DNA of 64,000 nucleotides, taken from sequence record PZ386980.1. One strand, 5' to 3'. The notes beneath the pieces were generated by a model that had not been told where the DNA came from, ran no database searches, and saw only the letters and a list, made by a program, of their open reading frames with translations. Below, piece after piece: positions 48,433 to 62,695 of this stretch. This DNA is from a phage. The stretch's first letter is position 1; each line of letters opens with the position of its first letter. A program made the translations under genes and the position numbers.

Positions 48433-50415
48433 ATGGCAAATACCCCTGTAAATTATCAATTAACAAGAACAGCAAATGCTATTCCCGAGATATTCGTCGG
48501 GGGTACGTTTGCTGAAATAAAACAAAACCTCATTGAATGGCTTAATGGCCAAAATGAATTTTTGGATTATGATTTTGAAGGCTCAAGATTAAACGTTCTG
48601 TGTGACCTTTTAGCTTATAATACATTATACATTCAGCAGTTTGGTAATGCTGCTGTGTATGAAAGCTTTATGCGTACTGCTAACTTACGAAGTTCAGTTG
48701 TTCAAGCTGCACAAGATAACGGATATTTACCTACTTCAAAATCCGCTGCGCAGACCGAAATTATGTTAACATGCACCGACGCATTGAATAGGAATTACAT
48801 TACAATTCCTCGCGGAACTCGCTTTTTAGCATATGCAAAAGATACTTCTGTTAATCCATACAACTTCGTTTCTACCGAAGACGTTATTGCTATTCGTGAT
48901 AAAAATAACCAATATTTTCCGCGTTTAAAATTGGCCCAGGGACGTATAGTAAGAACTGAAATCATTTATGATAAATTAACACCTATTATCATTTATGATA
49001 AAAATATTGATAGAAACCAGGTTAAATTATATGTTGATGGAGCGGAATGGATTAACTGGACGAGAAAGTCAATGGTTCATGCTGGTTCAACATCAACGAT
49101 TTACTATATGCGTGAAACTATTGATGGAAACACTGAATTCTATTTTGGCGAAGGTGAAATTTCTGTTAATGCTTCTGAAGGAGCTTTGACCGCTAATTAT
49201 ATCGGAGGTCTTAAACCTACCCAGAACTCTACGATTGTTATTGAGTACATCAGTACTAACGGTGCAGATGCGAATGGCGCAGTCGGATTTTCATATGCAG
49301 ATACATTAACAAATATAACTGTCATCAATATTAATGAAAATCCAAACGACGACCCAGATTTTGTCGGAGCAGATGGCGGCGGTGATCCAGAAGATATTGA
49401 ACGTATTCGTGAATTGGGTACTATTAAGCGTGAAACTCAGCAGCGATGTGTAACTGCGACAGATTATGATACATTTGTCTCAGAAAGATTTGGTTCTATT
49501 ATTCAAGCCGTTCAGACTTTCACTGATTCTACTAAACCTGGTTATGCATTTATTGCTGCTAAACCTAAATCAGGATTGTATTTAACTACTGTGCAGCGTG
49601 AAGATATTAAAAATTATCTCAAAGATTATAATTTAGCACCTATTACACCATCAATTATTTCTCCTAATTATCTTTTTATTAAGACTAATTTAAAAGTCAC
49701 ATATGCTTTAAATAAGCTGCAAGAATCTGAACAGTGGCTTGAAGGTCAAATAATTGATAAAATTGACCGCTATTATACTGAAGATGTAGAAATTTTTAAC
49801 TCATCTTTCGCTAAGTCTAAGATGTTAACTTATGTAGATGATGCAGATCATTCTATCATTGGTTCATCAGCGACAATTCAAATTGTTCGTGAAGTACAAA
49901 ACTTCTATAAAACGCCTGAAGCAGGTATTAAATACAATAATCAAATAAAAGATCGTTCTATGGAATCTAATACGTTTTCATTTAATTCTGGACGAAAGGT
50001 TGTAAATCCTGATACTGGTTTAGAAGAAGATGTATTATACGATGTTCGTATAGTATCAACTGACAGAGATTCTAAAGGAATTGGTAAAGTTATTATCGGT
50101 CCATTTGCTCCTGGCGATGTTACAGAAAATGAAAACATTCAGCCGTATACAGGCAACGATTTTAACAAATTAATAAACTCCACCGGACGCGACAAATACT
50201 ATGTTATCGGTGAAATAAACTATCCAGCCGATACAATTTATTGGAATATCGCTAAAATTAATTTAACATCTGAAAAATTTGAAGTTCAGACTATTGAATT
50301 ATATTCTGACCCAACCGATGATGTTATCTTTACTCGCGATGGTTCACTGATTGTATTTGAAAATGACTTACGTCCACAATACTTAACTATCGATTTGGAG
50401 CCTATATCACAATGA
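48433..50415 (+). CDS. 6: Baseplate wedge protein gp6
   Basis: 660 aa; size and synteny. Confidence 0.93.
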   Translation: MANTPVNYQLTRTANAIPEIFVGGTFAEIKQNLIEWLNGQNEFLDYDFEGSRLNVLCDLLAYNTLYIQQFGNAAVYESFMRTANLRSSVVQAAQDNGYLPTSKSAAQTEIMLTCTDALNRNYITIPRGTRFLAYAKDTSVNPYNFVSTEDVIAIRDKNNQYFPRLKLAQGRIVRTEIIYDKLTPIIIYDKNIDRNQVKLYVDGAEWINWTRKSMVHAGSTSTIYYMRETIDGNTEFYFGEGEISVNASEGALTANYIGGLKPTQNSTIVIEYISTNGADANGAVGFSYADTLTNITVININENPNDDPDFVGADGGGDPEDIERIRELGTIKRETQQRCVTATDYDTFVSERFGSIIQAVQTFTDSTKPGYAFIAAKPKSGLYLTTVQREDIKNYLKDYNLAPITPSIISPNYLFIKTNLKVTYALNKLQESEQWLEGQIIDKIDRYYTEDVEIFNSSFAKSKMLTYVDDADHSIIGSSATIQIVREVQNFYKTPEAGIKYNNQIKDRSMESNTFSFNSGRKVVNPDTGLEEDVLYDVRIVSTDRDSKGIGKVIIGPFAPGDVTENENIQPYTGNDFNKLINSTGRDKYYVIGEINYPADTIYWNIAKINLTSEKFEVQTIELYSDPTDDVIFTRDGSLIVFENDLRPQYLTIDLEPISQ

Positions 50416-53400
50416 CAGTAAAAGCACCTTCAGTCACTAGTCTCAGAATTTCCAAGTTATCCGCAAATCAGGTGCAAGTACGCTGGGATGACGTTGGTGC
50501 TAATTTCTACTACTTTGTAGAAATCGCTGAGACAAAATCAAACTCGGGAGAAAATCTCCCGAGTAATCAATATCGTTGGATTAATTTAGGATATACAGCA
50601 AATAATAGTTTCTTTTTTGATGATGCTGATCCATTGACATCATACATTATCAGAGTAGCTACAGCTGCGCAAGATTTTGAGCAGTCTGATTGGATTTATA
50701 CAGAAGAGTTTGAAACTTTTGCTACAAATGCTTATACATTTCAAAACATGATTGAAATGCAATTAGCTAATAAATTCATTCAGGAAAAGTTCACTCTTAA
50801 TAATTCTAATTATGTCAATTTCAATAATGACACAATAATGGCTGCGTTGATGAATGAATCATTTCAGTTTAGCCCATCGTATGCTGATGTCTCATCAATC
50901 AGTAATTTTATTATTGGTGAAAACGAGTATCATGAAATACAAGGTTCTATTCAGCAAGTATGTAAGGATATTAACCGAGTTTATTTGATGGAATCAGAAG
51001 GGATTCTATATCTTTTTGAGCGTTATCAACCCGTAGTTAAAGTATCAAATGATAAAGGACAAACTTGGAAAGCTGTAAAGCTCTTCAATGACCGTGTAGG
51101 ATATCCTTTATCTAAGACTGTATATTACCAATCTGCAAACACAACATACGTTCTAGGATACGACAAGATTTTCTATGGTCGCAAATCTACTGATGTTAGA
51201 TGGTCAGCAGATGATGTCAGATTCAGTTCGCAGGATATAACATTTGCTAAATTAGGAGACCAACTTCATTTAGGATTCGATGTTGAAATCTTCGCTACTT
51301 ATGCGACTTTACCAGCGAATGTATATCGTATAGCTGAAGCCATTACTTGTACGGATGATTATATCTATGTTGTTGCCAGAGATAAAGTTAGATATATAAA
51401 AACGAGTAATGCACCTATAGATTCTGACCCATTATCACCAACATACTCGGAAAGACTTTTTGAACCTGATACAATGACTATAACTGGAAATCCTAAAGCT
51501 GTATGCTATAAAATGGATTCTATTGGTGATAAAGTTTTTGCTCTTATTATTGGTGAAGTTGAAACATTAAATGCTAATCCTAGAACATCAAAAATAATTG
51601 ATTCCGCTGATAAAGGAATATATGTTTTAAATCAAGACACAAAAACATGGAAAAGAGTTTTCGGTAATACCGAAGAAGAAAGAAGACGTATTCAACCTGG
51701 ATACGCAAACATGTCAACTGATGGTAAATTAGTTTCTCTGTCTTCGAGTAATTTTAAATTTTTAAGTGATAACGTTGTTAATGACCCTGAAACTGCTGTA
51801 AAATACCAGTTAATCGGTGCTGTTAAATATGAATTTCCTCGCGAATGGTTAGCTGATAAACATTATCATATGATGGCGTTTATAGCGGATGAAAAATCTG
51901 ATTGGGAGACTTTTACTCCTCAACCGATGAAATACTACGCAGAACCGTTCTTTAATTGGTCTAAAAAATCTAACACTCGTTGTTGGATAAACAACTCTGA
52001 TAAAGCTGTTGTAGTTTATGCAGATTTGAAATACACCAAAGTTATTGAAAATATTCCAGAAACGTCACCAGATAGATTAGTGCATGAATACTGGGATGAT
52101 GGCGATTGCACTATAGTAATGCCAAATGTTAAATTCACCGGATTTAAAAAATACGCATCAGGAATGCTTTTCTACAAATCTTCTGGCGAAATAATTTCTT
52201 ATTATGATTTTAACTATCGTGTGAGAGATACAGTAGAAATTATTTGGAAACCAACTGAAGTATTTTTAAAAGCATTTTTACAAAACCAAGAGCGCGAAAC
52301 TCCTTGGTCACCAGAAGAAGAACGTGGATTAGCTGACCCTGATTTAAGACCATTAATTGGCACAATGATGCCTGATTCTTATTTGTTACAAGATTCTAAT
52401 TTTGAGGCATTTTGTGAAGCATATATTCAATATCTTTCTGACGGATATGGAACTCAGTATAACAATTTACGAAATTTAATTCGTAACCAATATCCGCGAG
52501 AAGAGCATGCGTGGGAATATTTATGGTCAGAAATATATAAAAGAAACATTTATTTAAATGCTGACAAACGCGATGCTGTTGCAAGATTTTTTGAATCACG
52601 TAGCTATGATTTTTATTCTACTAAAGGAATTGAAGCATCATATAAATTTCTTTTTAAAGTTCTTTATAATGAAGAAGTTGAAATTGAAATTGAATCGGGA
52701 GCAGGTACTGAATATGATGTAATCATTCAATCTGATTCTCTTACAGAAGATTTAGTAGGACAAACGATTTATACAGCTACAGGAAGATGTAATGTTACTT
52801 ATATAGAAAGAAGCTATTCTAATGGTAAATTGCAATGGACCGTGACTATTCATAATCTTTTGGGGCGGTTAATAGCAGGACAAGAAGTTAAAGCAGAAAG
52901 ACTTCCAGGTTTTGAAGGCGAAATTATTCGCGGGGTTAAAGGAAAGGATTTGCTTCAAAATAATATAGACTATATTAATAGAAGTCGATCATATTATGTA
53001 ATGAAAATTAAATCCAATTTACCTTCTTCTCGTTGGAAATCTGACGTTATTCGTTTTGTTCATCCAGTAGGATTTGGATTTATAGCAATTACACTTTTAA
53101 CGATGTTTATTAATGTTGGTTTAACTCTTAAACACACAGAGACTATAATTAATAAATACAAAAACTATAAATGGGATTCTGGATTGCCTACTGAATATGC
53201 TGATAGAGTAGCTAAATTGACTCCAACTGGTGAAATTGAGCATGATTCGGTAACAGGCGAAGCAATTTATGAGCCTGGCCCAATGGCTGGTGTAGAATAT
53301 CCTCTTCCTGATGACTATAATGCTGAAAATAACAATTCAATATTTCAAGGTCAATTGCCATCTGAACGACGTAAATTAATGAGTCCTTTATTTGATGCAT

Positions 53401-53510
53401 CTGGAACAACATTTGCGCAATTTAGAGATTTAGTTAATAAACGTCTAAAAGACAATATAGGAAATCCAAGAGACCCTGAAAATCCAACACAGGTTAAAAT
53501 AGATGAATGA
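50412..53510 (+). CDS. 7: Baseplate wedge initiator gp7
   Basis: 1032 aa; size and synteny. Confidence 0.93.
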   Translation: MTVKAPSVTSLRISKLSANQVQVRWDDVGANFYYFVEIAETKSNSGENLPSNQYRWINLGYTANNSFFFDDADPLTSYIIRVATAAQDFEQSDWIYTEEFETFATNAYTFQNMIEMQLANKFIQEKFTLNNSNYVNFNNDTIMAALMNESFQFSPSYADVSSISNFIIGENEYHEIQGSIQQVCKDINRVYLMESEGILYLFERYQPVVKVSNDKGQTWKAVKLFNDRVGYPLSKTVYYQSANTTYVLGYDKIFYGRKSTDVRWSADDVRFSSQDITFAKLGDQLHLGFDVEIFATYATLPANVYRIAEAITCTDDYIYVVARDKVRYIKTSNAPIDSDPLSPTYSERLFEPDTMTITGNPKAVCYKMDSIGDKVFALIIGEVETLNANPRTSKIIDSADKGIYVLNQDTKTWKRVFGNTEEERRRIQPGYANMSTDGKLVSLSSSNFKFLSDNVVNDPETAVKYQLIGAVKYEFPREWLADKHYHMMAFIADEKSDWETFTPQPMKYYAEPFFNWSKKSNTRCWINNSDKAVVVYADLKYTKVIENIPETSPDRLVHEYWDDGDCTIVMPNVKFTGFKKYASGMLFYKSSGEIISYYDFNYRVRDTVEIIWKPTEVFLKAFLQNQERETPWSPEEERGLADPDLRPLIGTMMPDSYLLQDSNFEAFCEAYIQYLSDGYGTQYNNLRNLIRNQYPREEHAWEYLWSEIYKRNIYLNADKRDAVARFFESRSYDFYSTKGIEASYKFLFKVLYNEEVEIEIESGAGTEYDVIIQSDSLTEDLVGQTIYTATGRCNVTYIERSYSNGKLQWTVTIHNLLGRLIAGQEVKAERLPGFEGEIIRGVKGKDLLQNNIDYINRSRSYYVMKIKSNLPSSRWKSDVIRFVHPVGFGFIAITLLTMFINVGLTLKHTETIINKYKNYKWDSGLPTEYADRVAKLTPTGEIEHDSVTGEAIYEPGPMAGVEYPLPDDYNAENNNSIFQGQLPSERRKLMSPLFDASGTTFAQFRDLVNKRLKDNIGNPRDPENPTQVKIDE

Positions 53511-54507
53511 TTCAAGTGTTATCTATCGTGCGATAGTTACTTCAAAATTTAGAACAGAAAAAATGTTGAATTTTTATAATTCAATTGGAAGTGGTCCGGA
53601 TAAAAACACTATCTTTATCACATTTGGAAGATCAGAACCGTGGTCATCAAATGAAAATGAGGTGGGCTTTGCCCCACCTTATCCTACCGATTCTGTATTA
53701 GGTGTAACTGACATGTGGACTCATATGATGGGAACAGTAAAAGTTCTTCCATCTATGCTTGATGCAGTTATTCCTCGTCGAGATTGGGGAGATACTAGAT
53801 ATCCGGATCCATACACATTTAGAATTAACGATATTGTAGTGTGCAACTCAGCTCCTTACAACGCTACTGAATCAGGCGCGGGATGGTTAGTGTATCGCTG
53901 TTTAGATGTTCCTGATACTGGAATGTGCTCAATAGCATCTTTAACTAATAAGGATGAATGCCTTAAATTAGGTGGAAAATGGACTCCTTCTGCTAGGTCA
54001 ATGACTCCTCCTGAAGGCCGAGGAGATGCTGAAGGAACAATTGAACCCGGCGATGGATATGTATGGGAATATCTTTTTGAGATTCCGCCTGATGTATCTA
54101 TAAATAGATGCACGAATGAGTATATTGTAGTTCCTTGGCCTGAGGAATTAAAAGAAGACCCGACTAGATGGGGGTATGAAGATAATCTCACTTGGCAGCA
54201 AGATGATTTTGGGTTAATTTATCGTGTTAAAGCTAATACAATTCGTTTTAAAGCATATTTAGATTCAGTTTATTTTCCTGAAGCTGCATTGCCGGGAAAT
54301 AAAGGATTTAGACAAATATCGATAATTACAAATCCTCTTGAAGCTAAAGTTCATCCAAATGATCCAAACGTTAAAGCTGAAAAGGATTATTATGATCCTG
54401 AAGATTTAATGAGGCATTCGGGTGAAATGATTTATATGGAAAATAGGCCACCTATTATTATGGCAATGGATCAGACAGAAGAAATCAATATTCTGTTTAC
54501 ATTTTAA
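53503..54507 (+). CDS. 8: Baseplate wedge protein gp8
   Basis: 334 aa; size and synteny. Confidence 0.93.
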   Translation: MNDSSVIYRAIVTSKFRTEKMLNFYNSIGSGPDKNTIFITFGRSEPWSSNENEVGFAPPYPTDSVLGVTDMWTHMMGTVKVLPSMLDAVIPRRDWGDTRYPDPYTFRINDIVVCNSAPYNATESGAGWLVYRCLDVPDTGMCSIASLTNKDECLKLGGKWTPSARSMTPPEGRGDAEGTIEPGDGYVWEYLFEIPPDVSINRCTNEYIVVPWPEELKEDPTRWGYEDNLTWQQDDFGLIYRVKANTIRFKAYLDSVYFPEAALPGNKGFRQISIITNPLEAKVHPNDPNVKAEKDYYDPEDLMRHSGEMIYMENRPPIIMAMDQTEEINILFTF

Positions 54508-54512
54508 ATTAA

Positions 54513-54535
54513 GGGAGCCCATGGGCTCCCTTTTT
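54513..54535 (+). terminator. Rho-independent terminator after gene 8
   Basis: gggagcccatgggctccc (perfect 7-bp stem) followed by TTTTT. Confidence 0.65.
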
Positions 54536-54538
54536 CTT

Positions 54539-54546
54539 TATAAATA
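54539..54546 (+). promoter_or_regulatory. Late promoter TATAAATA for gene 9
   Basis: Exact TATAAATA ~25 nt upstream of gene 9 ATG. Confidence 0.6.
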
Positions 54547-54570
54547 CTATAAACTCATAAGGAAACCGCT

Positions 54571-55437
54571 ATGTTCATTCAAGAACCAAAGAAATTGATT
54601 GATACCGGCGAAATTGGTAACGCTTCTACTGGTGATATCTTATTCGACGGTGGTAATAAAATTAATAGTGATTTTAACGCAATTTATAACGCGTTTGGCG
54701 ATCAACGTAAAATGGCAGTAGCAAATGGCACTGGAGCTGATGGTCAAATTATCCATGCTACTGGATATTATCAAAAACACTCTATCGCGGAGTACGCAAC
54801 TCCAGTAAAAGTTGGCACTAGACATGATATTGATACTTCTACCGTAGGTGTTAAAGTTATCATTGAAAGAGGCGAACTTGGCGACTGCGTTGAATTTATT
54901 AACTCGAATGGATCAATATCAGTTACTAATCCTTTAACGATTCAAGCTATTGATTCAATTAAAGGCGTTTCAGGTAATTTAGTAGTAACTAGTCCATATA
55001 GTAAAGTTACTTTACGTTGTATTTCATCTGATAATTCTACGTCAGTTTGGAATTATTCTATTGAAAGTATGTTTGGGCAAAAGGAATCACCAGCTGAAGG
55101 TACATGGAATATTTCTACATCTGGATCAGTTGACATTCCACTATTTCATCGCACTGAATACAATATGGCTAAATTGCTAGTTACGTGCCAATCAGTAGAT
55201 GGAAGAAAAATTAAAACAGCAGAAATAAATATTCTTGTGGATACTGTTAATTCAGAGGTCATTTCTTCTGAATATGCTGTCATGCGAGTTGGGAATGAAA
55301 CCGAAGAAGACGAAATCGCTAATATTGCATTTAGTATTAAAGAAAATTACGTAACGGCGACTATAAGTTCTTCAACTGTCGGTATGAGAGCAGCAGTTAA
55401 AGTTATCGCTACGCAGAAAATCGGGGTGGCTCAATAA
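54571..55437 (+). CDS. 9: Baseplate protein gp9 (long-tail-fibre socket)
   Basis: 288 aa; MFIQEPKKLIDTGEIGNASTGDILFDGGNKINSDFNAIYNAFGD matches recalled T4 gp9. Confidence 0.93.
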   Translation: MFIQEPKKLIDTGEIGNASTGDILFDGGNKINSDFNAIYNAFGDQRKMAVANGTGADGQIIHATGYYQKHSIAEYATPVKVGTRHDIDTSTVGVKVIIERGELGDCVEFINSNGSISVTNPLTIQAIDSIKGVSGNLVVTSPYSKVTLRCISSDNSTSVWNYSIESMFGQKESPAEGTWNISTSGSVDIPLFHRTEYNMAKLLVTCQSVDGRKIKTAEINILVDTVNSEVISSEYAVMRVGNETEEDEIANIAFSIKENYVTATISSSTVGMRAAVKVIATQKIGVAQ

Positions 55438-57242
55438 TGAAACAAAATATTAATATCGGTAATGTTGTAGATGATGGTACAGGTGACTACCTGCGTAAAG
55501 GTGGTATAAAAATAAATGAAAACTTTGATGAGCTTTATTATGAACTCGGTGATGGTAATGTTCCATATTCAGCCGGTGCTTGGAAAACTTATAATGCTTC
55601 ATCTGGGCAAACATTAAAAGCTGAATGGGGAAAATCATACACTATTAATACTTCGTCTGGAAGAGTAACACTGCAACTTCCTAAAGGAACTGTTAATGAT
55701 TATAATAAAGTAATTAGAGCTAGGGATGTATTTGCAACATGGAATGTTAATCCAGTTACTTTAGTAGCCGCTTCTGGTGATACTATCAAAGGATCATCGT
55801 CATCGGTTGAAATTAACGTTCAATTTAGTGATTTAGAGCTAGTTTATTGCGCTCCGGGCCGTTGGGAATATGTCAAAAATAAACAAATTGACAAAATTAT
55901 TAGTTCAGACATTAGCAATGTAGCTCGTAAAGAATTTTTAGTCGAAGTTCAAGGACAAACAGACTTTTTAGATATTTTCCGTGGAACTAGTTATAATGTT
56001 AATAACATCAGAGTAAAACACCGCGGTAATGAATTGTATTACGGCGATGTTTTTAGCGAAAACAGTGACTTTGGCTCTCCAGGGGAAAATGAAGGAGAAT
56101 TGGTTCCTCTTGATGGATTTAATATTAGATTAAGACAGCCTTGTAATGTTGGTGACACTGTTCAAATTGAAACATTTATGGATGGTGTATCGCAGTGGAG
56201 AAGTTCATACACAAGACGTCAAATAAAAATATTAGATTCAAAATTAACATCAAAAACTTCTTTGGAAGGAAGTATTTACGTTACTGATTTATCGGCAATG
56301 AAATCAATTCCATTCTCCGCATTTGGATTAATTCCAGGAGAACCTATTAATCCTAATTCTCTTGAAGTTCGTTTTAATGGAATTTTACAACAACAAGCTG
56401 GAACAGCCGGATATCCTCTGTTTTTATGTGAAGGTGCTAATTCAGATACGCAAGAAGGATGTATATCTCTTGGCGGTGAATGGAAAGAATCAAACACAGA
56501 TTATTCTATAGAATATGAAGATGGAAAACCGATCAGTCTTTTATTTGATAGAAAATTTGAATCAGGCGATATAATCGTTATAACGTGGTTCAATAATGAT
56601 TTAGGAACTCTTTTGGAAAAAGATGACATTATTGAATTAACTGATGAACGCTATGTTAGCAAAGGATCATCTACTGAAGTTACTGGTGATGTAGCCTTAA
56701 CTGATTTTGATAAAATCGGTTGGCCAAATGTTGAAAAAGTTGATTCTTATACTAGAACGTATAATTCAATATCATCTATTTTCGATAGCATTTATCCCAT
56801 TGGTTCAATTTATGAAAATGCTATAAACCCAAATAATCCAGTAACTTATATGGGATTTGGTTCATGGAAATTATTTGGTAAAGGGCAGGTTTTAGTAGGA
56901 TGGAATGATGATGTCACAGATCCAAACTTTGCATTAAACAATAATGATTTAGATTCTAGCGGAAATCCTTCACATACCGCCGGTGGAACAGTTGGTACAA
57001 CATCAGTAACGCTTGAAAACGCAAATCTTCCTGCGACTAAAACTGATGAAAGAGTTTTAATTGAAGACGAAAATGGATCAGTTATTATTGGAGGATGTCA
57101 ATATGACCCAGACGAAACTGGTCCTATATATACAAAATATCGTGAAGACTACGCAACAACAAACTCTTCACATACTCCTCCTGCTAATATTAGTAATATT
57201 CAACCGTCTATTACTGTATACCGTTGGATAAGGATTGCATAA
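55437..57242 (+). CDS. 10: Baseplate wedge protein gp10
   Basis: 601 aa; size and synteny. Confidence 0.93.
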   Translation: MKQNINIGNVVDDGTGDYLRKGGIKINENFDELYYELGDGNVPYSAGAWKTYNASSGQTLKAEWGKSYTINTSSGRVTLQLPKGTVNDYNKVIRARDVFATWNVNPVTLVAASGDTIKGSSSSVEINVQFSDLELVYCAPGRWEYVKNKQIDKIISSDISNVARKEFLVEVQGQTDFLDIFRGTSYNVNNIRVKHRGNELYYGDVFSENSDFGSPGENEGELVPLDGFNIRLRQPCNVGDTVQIETFMDGVSQWRSSYTRRQIKILDSKLTSKTSLEGSIYVTDLSAMKSIPFSAFGLIPGEPINPNSLEVRFNGILQQQAGTAGYPLFLCEGANSDTQEGCISLGGEWKESNTDYSIEYEDGKPISLLFDRKFESGDIIVITWFNNDLGTLLEKDDIIELTDERYVSKGSSTEVTGDVALTDFDKIGWPNVEKVDSYTRTYNSISSIFDSIYPIGSIYENAINPNNPVTYMGFGSWKLFGKGQVLVGWNDDVTDPNFALNNNDLDSSGNPSHTAGGTVGTTSVTLENANLPATKTDERVLIEDENGSVIIGGCQYDPDETGPIYTKYREDYATTNSSHTPPANISNIQPSITVYRWIRIA

Positions 57243-57901
57243 TGAGTTTACTTAATAATAAAGCGGGAGTTATTTCCCGCTTAGCAGATTTTCTTGGTTT
57301 TAGAACTAAGAAAAATGATATTTCGGTTATGAATAATCAGCCAGTAGGTGCTGTAACAATTTCACAAATAGCAAAAGGTTTTTATGACCCAAATGTAGAA
57401 TCTGCTATCAATGATGTTAGAAATATGGCAGAGCAACAGGTTGGAGCTGTATTAGTTAATATAAGTGGCGTATCTCCTACTGGCGTGCAGCAAACAGACT
57501 ATTGGTCATTTGAAGGAACTGTTACTGATACTTCAGCCAAACCAGGTGACCCAGTTATTGTTAATATGTTTGGCATTCCTGTTAAAGCTACTAATGGAAT
57601 GACTTCAATCGAATTTACCAGTGCCGTTAGAACAGCTCTGCAGGAAATGGTTGCAAAATTTATTGCAATTGATTCATTTGAAGACCATCCTACCATAGGA
57701 AATAAAATACAAGTTAAGTATTTAGATAACCAAGAACATATCTTAGAACAATACTCTGATAAAGGAATTACTTTCAAACAAGAAATAATTTCTCCTTCTA
57801 AACCTGGATACGGAACTTGGCAATTATTAGGTGCGCAAACTGTCACGCTAGATAGTCACACACAACCTACGGTATTTTATTATTTTGAGAGAATAGCATG
57901 A
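57242..57901 (+). CDS. 11: Baseplate wedge protein gp11 (short-tail-fibre attachment)
   Basis: 219 aa from ATG 57242 (TAATG overlap with gene 10 stop); [21 protein letters not shown] matches recalled T4 gp11. Confidence 0.9.
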   Translation: MSLLNNKAGVISRLADFLGFRTKKNDISVMNNQPVGAVTISQIAKGFYDPNVESAINDVRNMAEQQVGAVLVNISGVSPTGVQQTDYWSFEGTVTDTSAKPGDPVIVNMFGIPVKATNGMTSIEFTSAVRTALQEMVAKFIAIDSFEDHPTIGNKIQVKYLDNQEHILEQYSDKGITFKQEIISPSKPGYGTWQLLGAQTVTLDSHTQPTVFYYFERIA

Positions 57902-59454
57902 GTAACAATACATATCAGCACGTATCAAATGAATCAAAATATGTTAAATTCGATCCAGTAGGATCGAATTTTCCTGACACTGTCACGACAGTGCAGTCTG
58001 CATTATCAAAAATAAGTAATATCGGCGTAAATGGTATTCCTGATGCAACTATGGAAGTTAAAGGAATAGCAATGATTGCGTCAGAGCAAGAGGTTTTAGA
58101 TGGAACTAATAATTCTAAAATCGTTACACCAGCTACATTAGCAACAAGATTATTGTATCCAAATGCTACTGAAACTAAGTATGGTTTAACGCGCTATTCA
58201 ACAAATGAAGAAACATTAGAAGGCTCAGATAATAATTCATCAATAACGCCGCAAAAACTGAAATACCATACTGACGATGTGTTCCAAAATAGATATTCGT
58301 CTGAGTCATCAAACGGGGTTATTAAAATATCATCTACACCTGCAGCTTTAGCTGGAGTTGATGATACTACGGCAATGACTCCATTAAAAACGCAAAAACT
58401 TGCAATAAAATTAATTTCACAAATAGCTCCTTCCGAAGATACTGCATCAGAATCTGTGAGAGGTGTAGTTCAATTATCTACTGTTGCGCAAACTCGTCAA
58501 GGAACTCTCCGCGAAGGATATGCAATTTCTCCGTATACCTTTATGAATTCTGTTGCAACACAAGAATATAAGGGTGTTATACGTTTAGGAACACAATCGG
58601 AAATTAACAGTAATTTGGGAGATGTTGCAGTAACGGGTGAAACGCTAAATGGTCGAGGAGCTACTGGTTCTATGCGTGGAGTAGTTAAATTAACGACGCA
58701 AGCCGGTATTGCCCCTGAAGGTGATAGCTCTGGTGCATTAGCATGGAACGCAGATGTAATTAATACTCGTGGTGGACAAACTATTAATGGTTCTTTAAAT
58801 TTAGACCATCTTACAGCAAACGGAATTTGGTCGCGCGGCGGAATGTGGAAAAATGGCGATCAACCTGTTGCCACTGAAAGATACGCGTCCGAAAGGGTTC
58901 CAGTTGGAACTATTATGATGTTTGCTGGAGATTCAGCACCTCCGGGTTGGATTATGTGCCACGGCGGAACCGTGTCAGGAGATCAATATCCTGATTATAG
59001 AAACACAGTTGGAACGAGATTTGGTGGCGATTGGAATAATCCTGGCATTCCTGATATGCGAGGTCTTTTTGTTAGAGGAGCGGGCACCGGCGGTCATATT
59101 TTAAATCAACGAGGACAAGATGGTTATGGGAAGGATAGACTTGGTGTAGGATGTGATGGAATGCATGTTGGTGGTGTTCAAGCACAACAAATATCATACC
59201 ATAAACATGCTGGTGCCTGGGGGGAAAATGGAAATAACAGAGGTTATGCACCGTTTGGCGCATCTAATGGCAATGGATATTTGGGCAATGGTAAAAGCGC
59301 CGACTGGGACAACCATTTGTTCTTTACTAATGACGGATTTGAAATGGGTGGTCCTCGTGACTCGTTCGGCACGTTAAATCGCGAAGGATTAATTGGTTAT
59401 GAAACTAGACCATGGAATATATCATTAAACTATATTATTAAAATTCATTACTAA
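57898..59454 (+). CDS. 12: Short tail fibre gp12
   Basis: 518 aa (recalled T4 gp12 is 527 aa); position after gene 11. Confidence 0.9.
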   Translation: MSNNTYQHVSNESKYVKFDPVGSNFPDTVTTVQSALSKISNIGVNGIPDATMEVKGIAMIASEQEVLDGTNNSKIVTPATLATRLLYPNATETKYGLTRYSTNEETLEGSDNNSSITPQKLKYHTDDVFQNRYSSESSNGVIKISSTPAALAGVDDTTAMTPLKTQKLAIKLISQIAPSEDTASESVRGVVQLSTVAQTRQGTLREGYAISPYTFMNSVATQEYKGVIRLGTQSEINSNLGDVAVTGETLNGRGATGSMRGVVKLTTQAGIAPEGDSSGALAWNADVINTRGGQTINGSLNLDHLTANGIWSRGGMWKNGDQPVATERYASERVPVGTIMMFAGDSAPPGWIMCHGGTVSGDQYPDYRNTVGTRFGGDWNNPGIPDMRGLFVRGAGTGGHILNQRGQDGYGKDRLGVGCDGMHVGGVQAQQISYHKHAGAWGENGNNRGYAPFGASNGNGYLGNGKSADWDNHLFFTNDGFEMGGPRDSFGTLNREGLIGYETRPWNISLNYIIKIHY

Positions 59455-59463
59455 GGATTACAA

Positions 59464-60921
59464 ATGATTGAATTAAAAGAGTTACCTTTTGTTGATAGCG
59501 TTCCTGGCGAAGGTCAGGAACGTATTTCATGGATTAAAAATGGTGAAGAAATACTAGGAGCTAGTACTAAGTATGGAAACGATGGATCAATGAATAGACC
59601 AACTGTTTCCGTGTTTAAAAACGTCGAAGTTCTTGATGAAAATGTGGGAATTCTTAAAACTGCTGTTGAAACATCACAGGAAGATATTAAAACAATTCAA
59701 GGCATTTTAGATGTATCAGGAGATATAGAAGCGCTATCACAAATCAGCGTTAATAAAAATGACATATCAAATTTAAAAACGCTTACGAGTGAACATACTG
59801 ATATATTAAATGGTACAAATACTACGGTTGATAATATTCTTTCTGATATTGGTCCATTTAATTCGCAAGCAAATTCAGTTTATAGAACGATTAGAAATGA
59901 TTTGTTATGGATTAAAAGGGAATTAGGACAATATGCTGGGCAAGATATTAATGGTCTTCCTGTTGTAGGAAATAGCAGCACGGGGATGAAGCACCGTATC
60001 ATTAATAATACAGATGCTATAACTTCCCAAGGAATACGTCTAAGTGATTTGGAAGAAAAATTTATTGAATCTGATGTAGGTTCACTGACAATTGAAGTTG
60101 GAAATCTTAGACAAGAACTTGGACAAAGACCATCTTCATTTAGTGAAAGCATATATTCACGTATGCATAATTTAGATCAATCGCAGATTAATCTTAGTTC
60201 CGAAATTAAATCTATCAAAACTTCTATTGGATATCCAGGAAATACTTCAATAATCACAGATGTCAATGTCAATAGTCAAGAAATTTCAGCTTTAAATGAT
60301 GAACTAAATAAAAGTGGCGGCGTTAAACAGCGATTAACTGTTATTGAAACATCGATTGGTTCAGATGATATTCCTTCTAGTATTAAAGGTCAAATTAAAG
60401 ATAATACCACTTCTATTGAATCTTTAAATGGAATTGTAGGTGAAAACACCTCGTCCGGTTTAAGAGCTAACGTTTCATGGCTAAATCAGATAGTTGGAAC
60501 TGATTCTAGCGGAGGTCAGCCTTCTCCTCCTGGGTCTCTTTTAAATAGGGTTTCAACTGTTGAAACCTCTGTTAATAGACTTAACAATGATGTTCAAAAC
60601 TTACAGGTTGAAATTGGTAATAACAATTCCGGAATTAAAGGGCAAGTTGTAACACTAAATAAATTAGTAAATGGAACAAATCCGAATGGTTCAACTGTCG
60701 AAGAACGCGGATTGACTAATTCAATAAAAGCTAATGAGACTAACATTTCTTCAATTAATCAAGAGATTCGTAGTATTAAAGGTAATGTGTCCTCATTACA
60801 GAGGGATGTCCAGACTTTACAAGAAGCTGGTTATATTCCTGAAGCTCCAAAAGATGGTCAAGCTTACGTTCGTAAAGACGGCGAATGGGTATTGCTTTCT
60901 ACCTTTTTATCACCAGCATAA
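59464..60921 (+). CDS. wac: Fibritin (whisker antigen control) with C-terminal foldon
   Basis: 485 aa; coiled-coil body; C-terminal [27 protein letters not shown] foldon; N-terminal and central parts diverge from T4 as recalled. Confidence 0.92.
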   Translation: MIELKELPFVDSVPGEGQERISWIKNGEEILGASTKYGNDGSMNRPTVSVFKNVEVLDENVGILKTAVETSQEDIKTIQGILDVSGDIEALSQISVNKNDISNLKTLTSEHTDILNGTNTTVDNILSDIGPFNSQANSVYRTIRNDLLWIKRELGQYAGQDINGLPVVGNSSTGMKHRIINNTDAITSQGIRLSDLEEKFIESDVGSLTIEVGNLRQELGQRPSSFSESIYSRMHNLDQSQINLSSEIKSIKTSIGYPGNTSIITDVNVNSQEISALNDELNKSGGVKQRLTVIETSIGSDDIPSSIKGQIKDNTTSIESLNGIVGENTSSGLRANVSWLNQIVGTDSSGGQPSPPGSLLNRVSTVETSVNRLNNDVQNLQVEIGNNNSGIKGQVVTLNKLVNGTNPNGSTVEERGLTNSIKANETNISSINQEIRSIKGNVSSLQRDVQTLQEAGYIPEAPKDGQAYVRKDGEWVLLSTFLSPA

Positions 60922-60924
60922 CAT

Positions 60925-60939
60925 GGGGCCGCAAGGCCC
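60925..60939 (+). terminator. Stem-loop (GGGCC-GCAA-GGCCC) after wac
   Basis: GNRA-loop hairpin immediately after wac stop; weak T-run. Confidence 0.4.
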
Positions 60940-60952
60940 TAAAGGATTTTAA

Positions 60953-62654
<1,702 letters not shown>

Positions 62655-62695
62655 TAAATATTATAAACTAATTAAAGCCCAGATTAGGAGAAATC

